A DNA stretch of 64,000 nt from Squalus acanthias. Taxonomy: Eukaryota. Location: NCBI GenBank assembly GCA_030390025.1, contig CM059438.1, forward strand, positions 65,660,001 to 65,724,000, written 5' to 3'. The position numbers and the translations under genes are program-made. Below, piece after piece: positions 13,253-26,698 of this stretch. The notes below the pieces were generated by a model, which saw only the letters and a program-made list of their open reading frames with translations, searched no databases and was not told the DNA's origin. Positions within the stretch are counted from its first letter, which is position 1. Every line of letters begins with the position of its first letter.

Positions 13253-14199
13253 CGTTTATCTCCGTGTTCACAAGCCGAAGGGAAGGCCTGTGCCAGACAC
13301 CCCCTGCTGAACTCCCAGCACGAGAGACCTCCCAACACGATGGGTGTGACGTGTTATAAATTACTGAGACAAACTAGCAAAATGCTTAATGCCTTTGGGG
13401 AAAATTCGCATTTCATCTTGGTGCCTTTTTATTCAAACTTTTGTGAATGCACCAAAAAATCCTGAAGCACGGCAGTCTTGAAATTGTGATAAATTAGATA
13501 AATTCTGAATCATTTATTTCCAGCATTTGTCAACCACAGAGCTGAACTGTTTTCCTTTAACTTCTCATTTAGTTACAAATACTTATTTCATGTTCAAATC
13601 CAATACTGATATGAGTTGTTCCTATTGCAGTAATGCAGTGGAATCAATCATCCACTTATTTTGGGACTGAGTGTGTGACAGAGTGTTCCAGAAAGACTTA
13701 ATTAATTTGTAATAAGGAACATCAACATGGATGGTAAATTGCAAATTGAAAGTGTCCTGTTCACTTTCACAAATTACAAATGAGGCAAACGCAACTCATC
13801 ATTAATTTACTCATTATTTTAGTTAAATTTCACATTGATGAAGTAAAATTAACAGGCAGGAAGCCACATTTCTTAATCTTTGAGAAGGAAATGGAACAGT
13901 GCGTTAAATTAATTAAAACAGTCCAACAACAGGAAACCAATGTGTGCAGTATGGTTTCTTTATTAGCTGCTTACTGTTTTCCTCTTCAGGTGCTTTCCTT
14001 GACTTTCTCACATTGGACCGCCATTTTCCACAGCCTCAGTTGGTTTCTGTGGACTATGATGTTGCAGTTAGTTCCCCTGAATCACTTGTGATACCACCCT
14101 ATAAATTACTAAGCCGTACAGAAGGGTCTGAGATTTTTTTTCTAATCGGTGTTACAGCAACTAGTGTCGACACCTAGGGCTAGGAAGAAGAAAGTAAAA

Positions 14200-14447
14200 T
14201 GTTTTATTCGTTCCTGTGATGTGGGTGTCACTGGCAAGGCCAGCATTTATTGCCCATCTCTAGTTGCCCTTGAGAAGGTGGTGGTGAGCCGCCTTCTCGA
14301 ACCGCTGCAGTCCGTGTGGTGAAGGTACTCCCACAGTGCTGTTAAAGAGGGAGTTCCAGGATTTTGACCCAGCAACGCTAAAGAAACGGTGATATATTTC
14401 CAAGTCAGTATGGTGTGTGACTTGGAGGGGAACTTGGAGGTGATGCT
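14200..14447 (-). mobile_element. Second LINE family (CR1-clade-like) 3' end (also ~5131-5315 +, ~5580-5742 -, ~3030-3200 +)
   Basis: AGSKSWNSL.N..VG...PHGLQRFKKAAHHHLLKGN translation, repeated in the window. Confidence 0.7.
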
Positions 14448-14763
14448 GTTCCCTGATTGTTATCCAGTGACCATTACTGGAAAGTACATGAGTATGAACG
14501 TTGCGTGAGGACATGGTTAACCTCAGCTTTAAAACCCTCCATGGTTGAAAAGCAACCCAACACTGATGGTCTACGTTCAAGAATGGCCACTTGGGTAAGG
14601 TATCAGAGGGCTGCTGTCACCCCTTGAACGATTCTCCAACAAGATTCAGTGCTGTTATGTTTCTGGGATTCTACTTAGATACTTTTCTTGAGTTCACCTG
14701 TCAGACCACCCCTGTACGTGAGCCCTTGTTCCTATAAACTGCACTGTGCTTTTATCTACTCAC

Positions 14764-14865
14764 TATCTACGCAATTTGTAGTGAGCGCAGGAATTGAGCA
14801 AAAAGCTTTGTCACTGGATTTCGTCTTGTTGGTTATATCAAGTGCCTCCATGTAGTCTTCCTCGA
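14764..14865 (-). CDS. Candidate host exon (102 nt, phase 1-1): EEDYMEALDITNKTKSSDKAFCSIPALTTNCVD
   Basis: Pyrimidine tract plus AG, donor A|GTGAGT, only one open frame, non-repeat sequence. Confidence 0.45.
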
Positions 14866-15059
14866 CTTCAGAAGGCAGTAAAATAAATACTCTGTTAAAC
14901 TGTGGTAAGCTCTGGCTGCAAACCATCAAACAGATTGATTAAGCAATAAATGGATGAGTGAACAGAAGCAGTTACATACTGTAGACTTACACTAGTTACT
15001 GGCTTAATAAACAGTTGCATCTGGTGCACCAAACTTCAGTGTGAACTGAACCTGGTATA

Positions 15060-15349
15060 AAGTTCGGCCCAACTGGTCTGTGCTGGCATTTAGCTTCCCC
15101 TTAAATGCATCTGTGCTAATCACCTCAACTACCCGATGTGGTAGCGAGTTCCACATTCTAACCACTCTCTGGGTAAAGAAGGTTTCTCCTGAATTCCTTA
15201 TTGGATTTATTAGTGACTGTCTTATATTTATGGCCCCTAGTTTTGGACACCCGCACAAGTGGAAACATCTTCTCTACGTTTACCCTATCAAACCCCTTAA
15301 TAATTTTAAAGACCCCTATTAAGTCACCCCTCAGCCTTCACTTTTCTAG
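15060..15349 (-). mobile_element. CR1 fragment
   Basis: FFTQRVVRMWNSLP. Confidence 0.8.
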
Positions 15350-16049
15350 ATGGTGGTTCATTGCTGGCCATTCACAGTGTCTTTCTGGACTATCTATATC
15401 TCTCTGATGGCTTCAGATGGACTGCTGAACTGGAACCAGACAAGCTGAGATATACTTCCAAACCTTGACCAGGATAAAGAAAATTTTAATGTGTACATCT
15501 TGAACTCAAACAGAGCTATAAATCAAACCTATTCAAATCAAATCCACAAGAGGCTTGCTGTTTGAATTAAATGGTTTGGTCCCTCCCTATAAAGTCTGTT
15601 CTGGGGCTACTGGGCTACCTTCTGTGAATGAATTTGTTTTTTAACACAATATGTAAAGAAGCCAACAACATGATACATCATAGACAGAAATACTTCAGTT
15701 TTGTCACAAACACCTGTTGTAGATTTTATATGAATGGTGACTTTGGAAAATGAAGGGGATGCCAATGGAAGCAATGGTCAGATAAATATATTTCCAATTA
15801 TTAAATTACATAGAATCTTACAACACCGAAACAGGCTGTTCAGCCCAACCAGTCCATGTTGGTGTTTATAATCTACATCAGCAGTGGTCTTAATTCCCTG
15901 TGCCTGCCCTGTTCCCATATTCCCTTATACCCTTTTCCTTTATCCACCTATATAACCTATTCTTCAAAGTTGACTTGCTTAAAGGTAGACTTTGCCGGAT
16001 ATGGAGAGAGATCTGCTGCAGACAGCAGGATTTGACACGTTGGACCCCC

Positions 16050-16298
16050 TGGGACACATCTCATTGTCTTGGCTGTGCTCTTGGTGTGTCTTTGATGTAA
16101 GGAAAGATTGTATCTCTGCATTTTCTGTGTTTATATTCTGTGAACTTTTGTAGATTCACTCATTGTAACTTTACCTGAAGAAGGGGCGATAGCTCCGAAA
16201 GCTTGTAATTTTAAATAAATCTGTTGGACTATAACCTGGTGTTGTGCGACTTCTCATTTTTGTCCACCCCAGTCCAACGCCGGCATCTCCGCATCATG
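16050..16298 (+). mobile_element. Penelope-like element terminal fragment
   Basis: cctgaagaagg...ccgaaagcttg...aaataaa.ctgttggactataacctggtgttg...ccagtccaac motif typical of fish/shark Penelope pseudo-LTRs. Confidence 0.7.
16170..16220 (+). ncRNA. Hammerhead-ribozyme-like core
   Basis: CTGAAGA (16175-16181), stem II GGGGC/gata/GCTCC, GAAA (16197-16200). Stem III degenerate. Confidence 0.55.
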
Positions 16299-17159
16299 CC
16301 CACAAAATGTGGCACTGATACAACCTCGTTTGGACCTGCGCACCTGCAGCTTCCAGTCTTTCTCATTGAAGAGTGGTGTCAATCACAGTCGCACACCTTC
16401 TACGAGCTAGATTGAGGGCTGAAATTAGGGGCATGCGAGCAAGTGTCTGCCCTACTCTTATACTGAAGGAGTGCTATGCAACATGGGGGAGAGGAGAGGA
16501 TATAAAAGAGACAAGTACGAATGTAAAATAAATTATGGAGATGCCAATGTAAGTGATAGACCGTAAAATAGGGAAAATCTGCTTATCCACAGTATAAGAT
16601 GATATGAATTGGGGCAAGATTAAAAACTGCTTCAGTTGTAATTCCATCAGTCACATTTTAACAGGAGTGTGTAAATCCTGCACTGCAGCGATATCTCCCA
16701 GATATCTCAGATCTTGAATGTCAGAAGTGCATTTATCCTCAATGGAGTTTGGGATTTTTTTTATTTCGCCAAAGATTTCATGCACATGTTAACATTTTCC
16801 CTTATGTTGGAACATCCAGAAATAAGACAGAAGCAGTGACTGGGATTTAAATGTATCAGAGTTCAGCAATCAAATAGTAAATGGTATGGAAAAAATTAAT
16901 ACTACTTCGAATTAGACTGTGGGAGGAGGACAAGGAGACACAGGCTCAAACTAGTAAAAGGTAACTTTAGGACTGATAACAAGAGATTATTCTTCATGCA
17001 GAGAGTGTTCAACATTTGGGTTAAACTTCTGAGCAGAGTGATGTAGGCAAAATTCTGGAATCATTTAAGAAGCAACAAATTGCTGCAAGGTGGTTGGGGG
17101 GTGGGGCGGGTGGTGGTTGGGGGAGGTAGATTTGTTCTGTTCTAGACAGGCCCTTTCTG

Positions 17160-18230
17160 CCCAGGCTGTAGGTGAAGAACTAATTCAAGTGCGATACCAG
17201 TAACCTCAACCCCAATTCCCCATTCACCAACAGTCCCATATTCCTTCCCTTCCCTCTGTCATTGTCCATTACACCGTCCTCTTGGCCACAATGCAAAAAC
17301 AAAAGCCAACACAAAATACACATTCCAATCTAAATCATGCCATATTACATACAAAAATAAACTAATCACCCTTGTGCATTCCCTTCGTGCCTTAGTACCT
17401 GTCTTCTGTGTGCTTGTGCCTGTCCTAGTGCTCCTAATAAGTTGCTACCCAAGTGGCTGCAGCATGGCTGGTGGAAGGCTGCTGACATTCAGTGGAGGAG
17501 ACTGCAGGTGGCTTTGGAGGATGAACTCGAGCAGCTCTGGGCCTAGAAGGCCCGGCTTCAGACTGCGCCATCTTGGCATGGGCAGCAAAAGCCTGAGCTG
17601 GCTGGCTGACAGGCAAGAGCAAGTGCACTGACGGAGTGGCAGGGGTGGGATTATGAATGCTTTCATCCTGAGAGAGGACAGCAGGTTCGTGCTCCATGGA
17701 GCCACTACCACTCCCCCGGGGTGGCACCTCAGCAATCCTAGTAAGCTGTTGGAGGACAGATTGCCAGATTGCTGCAACACCCTGGACGGCCCTTTGCACA
17801 CTGGTATCCACAGCCATGATGACAGCAGTCTGAGGTTCCACTGCAGCACTCAGACGTTGGGTGGTTGCTGCTTCTGCTGCAATGGAAGCTGAGACATAGG
17901 CCATCAGACGCTGTATCATGGTTGGTTCCACAAGTGTGCTTCTGAAGTTAGCCACCAGTACCATGCTGGAAAGGATGTGCTCCAAGCTCTGCGCAAAGCC
18001 CTGTGCCAAATTGGTGTCGGACTCCTCCATGTGCCATGTTCCTGGACATTGAATGCAAGCTTTCTGGCAGGCTTCCCAATGCATCAAGCATCTGAGTGTG
18101 TACACCCATCAGCCTTTTTCTGTAGCCTGGCCCATTGAAGTCCTCATCTGAGTCCTCTGCAGCAGAACCCGTGTGCGACCTCGCTCTCCGGCGAGCTATC
18201 CTTTCCCCCTGCCATAGTCTGCCATGTTTT
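17160..18230 (-). mobile_element. Harbinger second-gene 3' fragment
   Basis: ORF 17434..18105 (ASIAAEAA...GSGSGSMEHEPAVLSQDESI) is homologous to 43968..44552 (ASIAAQAE...ESGSGSVEQEPAVLSQDDSI). Confidence 0.75.
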
Positions 18231-20249
18231 CTGTCTAGTGGTTCTACAGAACAACATCATAAGCTATATTTATGACAGTTAAATTAATTCAGAATCAACC
18301 AACCAGAGATCTCATTCAGGTGATTTAAAAGTTCAATTAGTGAACAGATTGCAATAAAGGCTAAAATAAATATTTAAGGAAAATGATTAAAATAGTATAG
18401 TTGCTGCATTTAAAATGGAAAACTATCAATTCTACTGTAGATTTGTTGACTTCAATATAAGACGTTAAAAAGCGCAGTAATAAAAGAGAGTGCAAACTTT
18501 AAAAACTCATTTAAAGTAACTTATTGCCTTTTCAATGCCCTATTGCACAATATGGTTTTATTCTTCAGAATCATTGAAAGAGATGTGTACAGTTTGTCTT
18601 CAGAGAGACTTTCCTCGTTTTGATCCCTATAGGCTCTAAAAAGTTTACCACAAAGATATAAAATAGAACAGCTTCAATTGTGAGTCAGGCTCTGGTAATC
18701 AGTAACTCAGAAATTGCTATGCACCAGAGCATAGCTGGATAGGCATGCCCTTGTTGCCCCATCTTGTTCCTGTTGGGTATGTGCATGCTGAGAGGCTGCT
18801 CTCCCAAGTTTGGAGTTGAAGTCAGCACATTACCTCAGTTAGCCAAATTCACAAGGATCCTTGTGGTTTGTCTGATTCCGTCTACTAAAACAATGCCCGA
18901 AGCTGCAATAAAAGAGGCAGTGAAATTAATGGGCTCTGCTGTGAAACCCACACTGCCAACATGAAAGCCTTTGTTTCAAAAGTGACTTTATTATTTGCCT
19001 CAAGGCGTGCTTCCATGAGAAAATTCTTCTCCTTCTGAAGACGCTGTGCTGCTTGGCTTTTCTTCTGCCGTGAGATAGTGTCTTGGTGAAAGAATTTGTG
19101 TAAGTGGCAGTCACACCCCACATCAGGTTTACTGCCACAATATAAACCTTTAACCTTCTGAGAGCTTTGCAGAATTCTTCAGAGTACATCTGCCACTGCA
19201 GCTAATCTATTTTTTTAACGATCCATCGTTAATGTTTATTTAAATGAATAATACTTTATAAGATTATTCATCAATTGCAAAACAGTTACAAAGTGTTTAT
19301 TTACATTGATTTATCCCTCTCATTTCACCGCTGTTGATTTTCATTAATAGAGGAATATAAATAGGTTTCTGTGAAAGTCCTTTCTTCAGTTTGTATAAAA
19401 CATGTGCCTATTATTTTTTCATGTCAACTTGCCACAGTTCCCTGTTCTTATTCACCTGAGGGTTCAAGACTCTCCATCCCATGGACCTGTCGATGATCAT
19501 TATTTGTGATTTTTTTTTGTCAGAGAAATCTTGGAGAAGGACCGAGGCCCATCATCCTGGACAGCATCAAGGTTGAAGAGAGTCAAAGAAAAGACACGGT
19601 TAATTGGAAGTAATGATTAGGTAACGCCAAGCAAGGGTTTATATGCCTGAATATTGGAGGAGGAATAAAAGATTGAGGGAGGTAGGAGCTTCACAGTTTT
19701 GAGGATACTAGTTAAGAATTACATAGTTGGAGTGTGCAACACAGTGCGGACATAAGGAGGAGGAATATCAGATTGGAGAGAATTTGGAGCTCAGAAGGAA
19801 AAAGAGAGAAATGTTCTGAGGAGCACTGATCATAGTCGTATCTTCTCTTCTATGCACATGAGGCAACCCATTTCTTCAACTGCTTTACATCGAGCAGATG
19901 GTGCTCTGGGTTGTTTCCACAACAAAGTCCCCTTTTATTTTGACAGGTTGTTAACCTGACTCACAACTCCTTACCAGGAGAACCAGCTAGATCCGATCAG
20001 ACACAAATTCTTATATTCAGAGACTGGAATTCTTGTCTCCTATTTGCTGGAATTGTCTTCAATGCTGCTCAATCTCATAACCTTCAGAGTCAGGGGCAGG
20101 GATGCTACCACTGAGCTTGGCTCAATTCTTACTGACCATAGTAGTGATAGTAAAATAGAAATAGATGAGTTTCATTGCAATGAGAAGAAAGAGAGGTTAG
20201 ATGCTAGCGTGAGAAAGGAACCACCTATTGGATGACAAGCCTTTAATTG

Positions 20250-21090
20250 TTTCCTAACCAGGAGTGAGAGAGAGGTGGAGCAAGAAACTCCACACATATG
20301 GAAACACTATTCAAGTCTTCAATGGACTTGGGCCTTACAGAGAGTTAATAGTTCTTGAGAGGAAAAAACTGATTGATATTAAAGGGAAAGCTGAGCTTCT
20401 CAGTATCATTATGAGGAATAAATGAAATATGTAACTTTTAGTTGGGTCAGGAGATGGTGAAGCCATCAAAGTTAAGAGGTGGTAGCTGTTGCTTAGACTT
20501 GAGAAAGATGTTAAACAAACCAAGATTTACCTTATTCCATTAAAAGGCATAAATGAGATCAAGATGCATTGATTTAGCCACTGTTTTGTGAGAGAACTGG
20601 AGACTGTAAGCACTGAGATGATATAATCTGAAAGAAGTTGATGATAGTAGAGTAGAATCATCAGGGAAAGAGTGTTCAGGGTTGGATGGTGGGTGGAGAG
20701 AGTCATTGATATGAAGAAGAAACAGAGTGGGAAAGGGAATAGGGCCCTGGGGACTCCCTGAGATAGTGGAAACATAGTCAGAGGATGAACTGTCAATGAT
20801 AGCCAGATAGAGTGATTTGAGAGGAAACTAGATAGACATGAATATAGTTGTCGTGAGGGGCAATATAATGGTAACTTGTTTAGAAGTGCACAGTGAGGGT
20901 ATTAAGGGTATTAAGGGATACCCAAGGTGGGTAAATGGAGTTAAGATACAGATCAGTCATGATCTAATTGAATGACAGAACAGGCTCAAGGGGCTGAATG
21001 GCCTACTCCTGTTCTTATGTTCCTATGTTCCTAGTTTCAAGCTCTTGGATGCTTTGGAGATGTCCAGGTAATGATATTTAATTCACCAAA
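20250..21090 (-). mobile_element. Old non-LTR RT fragment
   Basis: Degenerate SG.PQG...PTLFLL.IND motif at ~20700-20765. CR1 tail inserted at 20905-21033. Confidence 0.5.
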
Positions 21091-21880
21091 GTATTTAAGA
21101 GCACAGTTCCAGAAAAGGAGCTTTTCCACTGCTGTTTAATAGCAACAAGGAGTTGACAAGTCTTAAAATGGGCAGATAAACATGAAATAAGCTGAAACGG
21201 CCAGTTTTTTTTTGCCTGTTCCGCACTGCTCGCTCTTCTCTGCCCAAAACAAAGCGGAGTAAAATCGCGAACAATTTTTTGAATTTGAAGAAGATGTTTG
21301 TTAAGGCCTCATTACTGACCTTTGAGAGAAAGATGCAGCAGCTTTCCATTGGGGAAAATAAAAACAACCAGGTCGGAGTCAGCTCAGCCGCCGAGCTGGA
21401 ATGAATTCAATGAAGCTCTTTGGCACGGGATCCATTCAACATGGAACTCACTGCAATTGTTGCATTAACTGGTTCAGTGTTGCTGTTGGTGGGAGAAGCC
21501 ATCCAGGGAGCACAGGCCAGACCAGAGACCATGGTCCCACCCCACTGACTACCATTAGGTTTTCCAACAGTGCATTGCATTGCTTTCTACTCACCGACAC
21601 TTTAATCAGCTGGTAGATGGTGGGGTGGGAATTTGGTCTCTGGGGTTCAGCCCGGGACAATTTAAACAGATGAGAGCATTACACTCTTGATTACACGCAC
21701 TGCTCACCCTTATTCTTCATTCTCCTTTGCATGAAATCAAAAATCTCAAGGTTTGGATGTTTAAGAAGTACAAACAGGGCTAGAATTAACCAAGAAATTA
21801 ATGTTAATATAATGGCCAATGCAAACTACAGATGCAGAGACTGCTTGCATTTGTAAAGCTTGTGCTGTAATTGACTCTTT

Positions 21881-22737
21881 GGCCGGGATCTTACCTGAGG
21901 AGGCAAGTTGGGGGCAGGACTGCTGGTTTCCGGGCTCTAGTCCCGCCCCCAGCGACGTCTGACGACCTGGCGGTATTTTCCCCTGATTGGCTTTGTTAAG
22001 CCCGCCCTGGGGGCTTGCTGGCCAATTAAAGGAAAGCCGGTGTCAGATGACGTCAGTGCATGACGCTTCATCTGCCGGTTTTGTTAAAGTGACAGGCCCC
22101 ATAATTTTTTGACAGTGTTTGACAGCATTGAGGTGCTGTCAAACACTGACAATCACTGTCCAAAGGTGAACCCTTGCTCCCAGGCTTACCAATGACTCTC
22201 TCCTTAGGAGAAAACAGATTGCAGCTGCATGTGAGATTGCAGAAACTATCTGTCAATTCTCCCGATCAGATGAGGCTTCCCAGAAACATCAAATCTTGTC
22301 ACCTGCAGATACATATAAACAGAATAAAAATATTTCTCACTACATTCTCTCACCTGTCATACTTACCTGTGCACAATTGCACCCATCACACTACCTCTGC
22401 AGCTGTCATTTGCACACTTACACTGCAGCAGACCCACAGTTCGCCTCACTGACCCTGGCGGGGTTTCCTGCCGTCGGGAAGCCCGCATCAGCAGGCTGAA
22501 AATGGGGAAAAGCCTCTTAACTGCCTGTTAACTACCTGGTAACAGGCAGTTAATTGGCTCTAGTCCCCTTCCCGCACATAGGAGACAGGTCCCTGCGCGA
22601 GTCGGGGACCCGCCTCCCGGGAAGATGGTTCGGAGGCAGGTTGGGAGCGGGGTTGGGACCGGGCTACCTAATTTTTCCCATTTTCCCAGCAGTCTCGCCT
22701 CCAAACCCGCCTTCTCAGGGCTGGTAAAATCCAGCCC
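21881..22737 (+). mobile_element. MITE family B copy
   Basis: TIR ggccgggatcttacc / ggtaaaatccagccc. Flanks ttt/ttt. Confidence 0.75.
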
Positions 22738-23389
22738 TTTGTTTAAGATTTCAAAATCAGAGAAAGCAAAAACTTTGGTTCTAATGCTGTAGATCTATAT
22801 ATAAGTCTCACAAAATCTGGAAATGGGCAGGTCAGTGAATCAGGATGTACAAATTTGCTGCACTGAATTTTTTTACTGGTTTGGATTAACGTCCTTGGGC
22901 GTGATTTGACTTCAGTAGTTCTCGAGCCATTTGAGAGGCGAGAAATGGGAGTTATTGCTGGCTCATCCTAATCTGCCAGATGTTCTGCCGGTGCAGCTAT
23001 AAAATAGAACAAACTCACTGAGCAGAAAACTGAAGTAATTACCATAAAATAAAAAATGGTGAGTTTAACACTCCAGCTCCCAACAATATAAACCCTGTCA
23101 TGGAGAGGATAATGTGAGATACATGTGTACAGGCAGGACTTCTCTGTAGTTTGTACCATTCCGATATCACGAAATTCCCTCGCTCATAACCTGGGACCCA
23201 CCAGAACTTTGTTATTCATGTGGAATTAAAGTTAAAACTGGGTATGATATGATTGGAATCCACTGATCACGTGTTGCAGATGCCCTGCTACCATTCCTCA
23301 ATGAATTTTAAGTGTAAATAAATTGATGACATATGCAGTTTCTTTCACCCGTATTTCTTCCCATTTTCCCATTCTCTGTTAAGCACAAT

Positions 23390-24159
23390 GGGCCGTATTT
23401 TGCGACCCCTACGGGTGCGTACGAGGTGCGCCCGCGCCCGTAGGGGCCGCGCAAGTGCCGGGTTTAGGCATGCGAAGCGCTTGCGCTGAAACCCAACACT
23501 TGCGATCTGTCAAGAATCTTCTCGACAGATCCTCCGCATCCCCGGGAAAAGGGCCTCTGCGGGTGGAGAGTTGCGCTATTTGCCCAACTTCCACCCGCTG
23601 AAAGGTCGTGGAATTCTTACGCCTGGTAAAAGCAGGTGTAAGGCTTGCTTTTACCAGCATAAGAGTTTTAAAAAATAGAAAAATAAAATGTTATCACTCA
23701 CTTACACATTAAAAACCCTGTCCAATAAGGTAAGTTTATTTTTAGCCCTGTTAAAACATATAAAACATTTTTTTTTTAATTAAATTTTTGTTTAAAATTT
23801 TTCATTAAATGCCATTTTAATTAATTTTATATATATAATGTTTTTTAAAAATTTATTTCATGTGTTCATATATTTTTTAAGTCATCCCCATTCATACTTT
23901 TGACAGTTGCATACGTACAGAACTGTCAAAAGTATGAATGGGGATTCCCTTCCTTCATTGGTTGGGCCAGCCCACGTGATCCCAGGGGCGCTTGCGAACC
24001 GCCTGCACCCCTGGGATACGTGAACCTCTACCCGCGGGTACCCGGAGAGGCCCAGGACCGCGAGTCTCCGTACCGCCCGAAACACCAGGTAAATACATAG
24101 AAAATTTAATGATTGGAGGCATCCGTCCGCAGGAAGCCTCCGATCGCAAATTCAGGTCC
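23390..24159 (+). mobile_element. MITE family A copy 4
   Basis: TIR gggccgtattttgcga / tcgcaaattcaggtcc. Flanks aat/aat. Confidence 0.85.
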
Positions 24160-24805
24160 AATGTTGTGCTGTTGGGACCATTGATAATATCATCCGTGGA
24201 ATGCAACTTGTCAAAGTTGCATGGAGTGGCTTGTGATTAATGTCCTGTAATTTCATTTGATTACGTTTAGAGGTCAGGGAGAAGGTTTACAAAGGTTTAT
24301 CCTCCTGAAAGTTCACCTGCCATTGGTCTCCTCCCACAGGTTGTTGTTGTTTTCATATCTTCACAGACTTCCCTAGAGACGAGTGTGAAATAGTGGAAGG
24401 ATTCACATACTCATTAACAGTCTGACAGGCCACGAACATTCCTTCCATGGCCGTAACCATCTATATACCAGTTGATAGGGTGGTTAGTCCTGTATGGCAG
24501 GGGGGTTTATGGGCTACCACAACCCATATGATGAAGTGGGATGGGGTGGCGGGGGGGGGCACCCACACCCAGCCCCACCGGATGTGAGTAACCCGCTGGA
24601 TGTCAACCCTGAATCCAAAGCCGGTGCTCAACAGGACTCTGGCATAGACATTTACAGCACAGAAGGAGGCCATTTGCGCCATCGTATCTGAGCCAGCCGA
24701 AAAGGAGCTATCCAGCCAAATCCAACTTTCCAGCTCTTGGTCCGTAGCCCTGTAGGTTACAACACTTCAAGTGCGTAGCAGTCAGCCAAAGGCTTCCTAC
24801 TTCAG

Positions 24806-25557
24806 GGGCTGGATTTTGATACTGGGGCAGGTTGGGGTCATATCATTCGCATTTCGTATTATCCACCCGCCTGCAATTGGATGTGGGAGATTGATGCAAT
24901 TTTCACTTAATTGGGCAATTGAGTTCCAGCATGTGGAAACCCATGAACCAATTAGTGGTTTCAGTCTGAAAGTCGCCTCTGATGATGTCATCATTGTTGC
25001 TGCATTGCAGGTCAGAGACTGCCTGGTCTCAGAGATTGCCTGGCCTTTGCTGTGAGAGGACCTGGATGCAAAATGAGCAGCATCTCAGAGAGAGAGAGAG
25101 AGAAGAGAGAGAGAGAATTTTTTTGTCCATCCAGGTCCTCCAAAGGCCCTGGCAGTCTCTGAAGATATTCAATGCAGCAGCATCAGAGGCGACTTTCAGA
25201 CCTAATACTACTACTACCTTCATCGCATCTCCGTTGTAATAGTGGACCTGCAGCTGATAGTCAGCTATCCACTTGTGCTCCCGCCAGGTTTCACTGGCGT
25301 GTTTCACATCAGGCATGCTTCACGTCAGAAAAGGGTTAAACTAGCTAAAACGATTCAAAATGGCATTACAGAGCCAATTTAGGGCTTGTTAAGGGCTTTA
25401 ATGGCCTCGCCCGCCTCTCGGGAACACCGCACACGATTTTATCAAAATTGCGTAGAGGCGGGTTGGAGGCGGGATGGGGTCGGGACCCCCGAATCTGCAA
25501 CTTTAACCCCCCACACGCCTCCAAACCCGACTCCACGGGCCATTAAAAATCCAGCCC
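24806..25557 (+). mobile_element. MITE family C copy
   Basis: TIR gggctggatttt / aaaatccagccc. Homologous to 53981-54658. Confidence 0.8.
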
Positions 25558-25636
25558 TAGGAGTTTGAGTGGATTGGGGAGAGTTTGTTTTTGTTGCAAT
25601 TTCGGCAATATTTTTGGAGAGAATTGGCCTGATAAA

Positions 25637-25800
25637 AACATAGGAACATAAGAATTAGGAGCAGGAGTAGGCCATACGGCCCCTCAAGCCTGCTCTGCCA
25701 TCATTAAGATCATGGCTGATCTTCAATCTCAACTCCACTTTCCGCCCGATCTCCATACCCCTTGATTTCCCTCGAGTCCAAAAATCTATCCATCTCCCCA
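25637..25800 (-). mobile_element. CR1 3' tail (similar tails at ~3883-4215, 15808-15975, 20905-21033, 24643-24772)
   Basis: aggagcaggagtaggcc...gatcatggctgatc 3' UTR motif with microsatellite tail. Confidence 0.8.
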
Positions 25801-25815
25801 CATCATGTCTCATTC

Positions 25816-26698
25816 AACCATCACCCCCTATGCTCACTGGCACCTGGTCTGGCAACGCCTCTAATTTAAAATTCTCATCCTTATTTTCAAATCCCTCCAT
25901 GGCCTCACCCCTCCCCATCTCTGTAACCTCCTCCAGCCCTACAATTCTCCGAGATTTCTGTGCTCCTCCAATTCTGGCTTCTTGCGCATCCCCCACTCTC
26001 TTCATGCCACCATTTGCAGCTGTGCCTTCAACCATCTGGGCCCTAAGATCTGGAATTCCCTCACTAAACCTTTCCGCATCTCTGCTTTTCTATGCTTCGT
26101 TAAGACCCTCCATAAGACCTACCTTTTTGACCAAGCTTTTGGTCACCTGTCCTAATATTTCCTTACGTGGCTCATTGTCAAACTTTTTCTGGGAATGCTC
26201 CTGTGAAGCACCTTGGGATGTTTTACTACGTTATCATAGAATTATACAGCAGAGGAGGCCATTCGGCCCCTCATGCCTGTGCTGGCTCGAAGGAGAACTA
26301 TGCAATTAATCCCACTCGCCTGCTCTATCCCCATAGACCTGTAAATTGTTTCCCTTTAAGTATTTATCCAATTCACTTTTAAATGTTATTATTGAATCTG
26401 CTTCCACCACCCTTTCAGGCAGTGCATTCCAGATCACAACAACTTGCTGCATAAAAGAATGTTTCCTCATCTCCCCCTCTGGTTCTTTTGCCAATCACCT
26501 TAAATCTGTGCCTTCTGATTACTGACCCTTCTGCAACTGGAAACAGTTTCTCCTTATTTACTCTGTCAAAACCATTCATGATTTTGAATACCTCCATCAA
26601 ATCTCCTCTTAACTTTCTCGGCTCTAAGGAGAACAATCCCAGCTTCTCCAGTCTATCCACATCTGTTAAAGGTGCGATATAAATGCAAGTTGTTGTTC
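25816..26698 (+). mobile_element. L2-type LINE 3' end, split by CR1
   Basis: cccatcacccct...ctggaattccct...tgtgaagcaccttgggatg...aaaggtgcgatataaatgcaagttgttgtt tail. Confidence 0.75.
26234..26664 (-). mobile_element. CR1 3' fragment inserted in an L2 tail
   Basis: LEKLGLFSLE..LRGDL; VVIWNALP. gtta repeated at both junctions. Confidence 0.85.

Noticed and set aside
22900..22997. Strong minus-strand acceptor (ttgttctattttatag) as a coding exon
   Set aside because: All three frames reach a stop within ~45 nt and no good donor is present.
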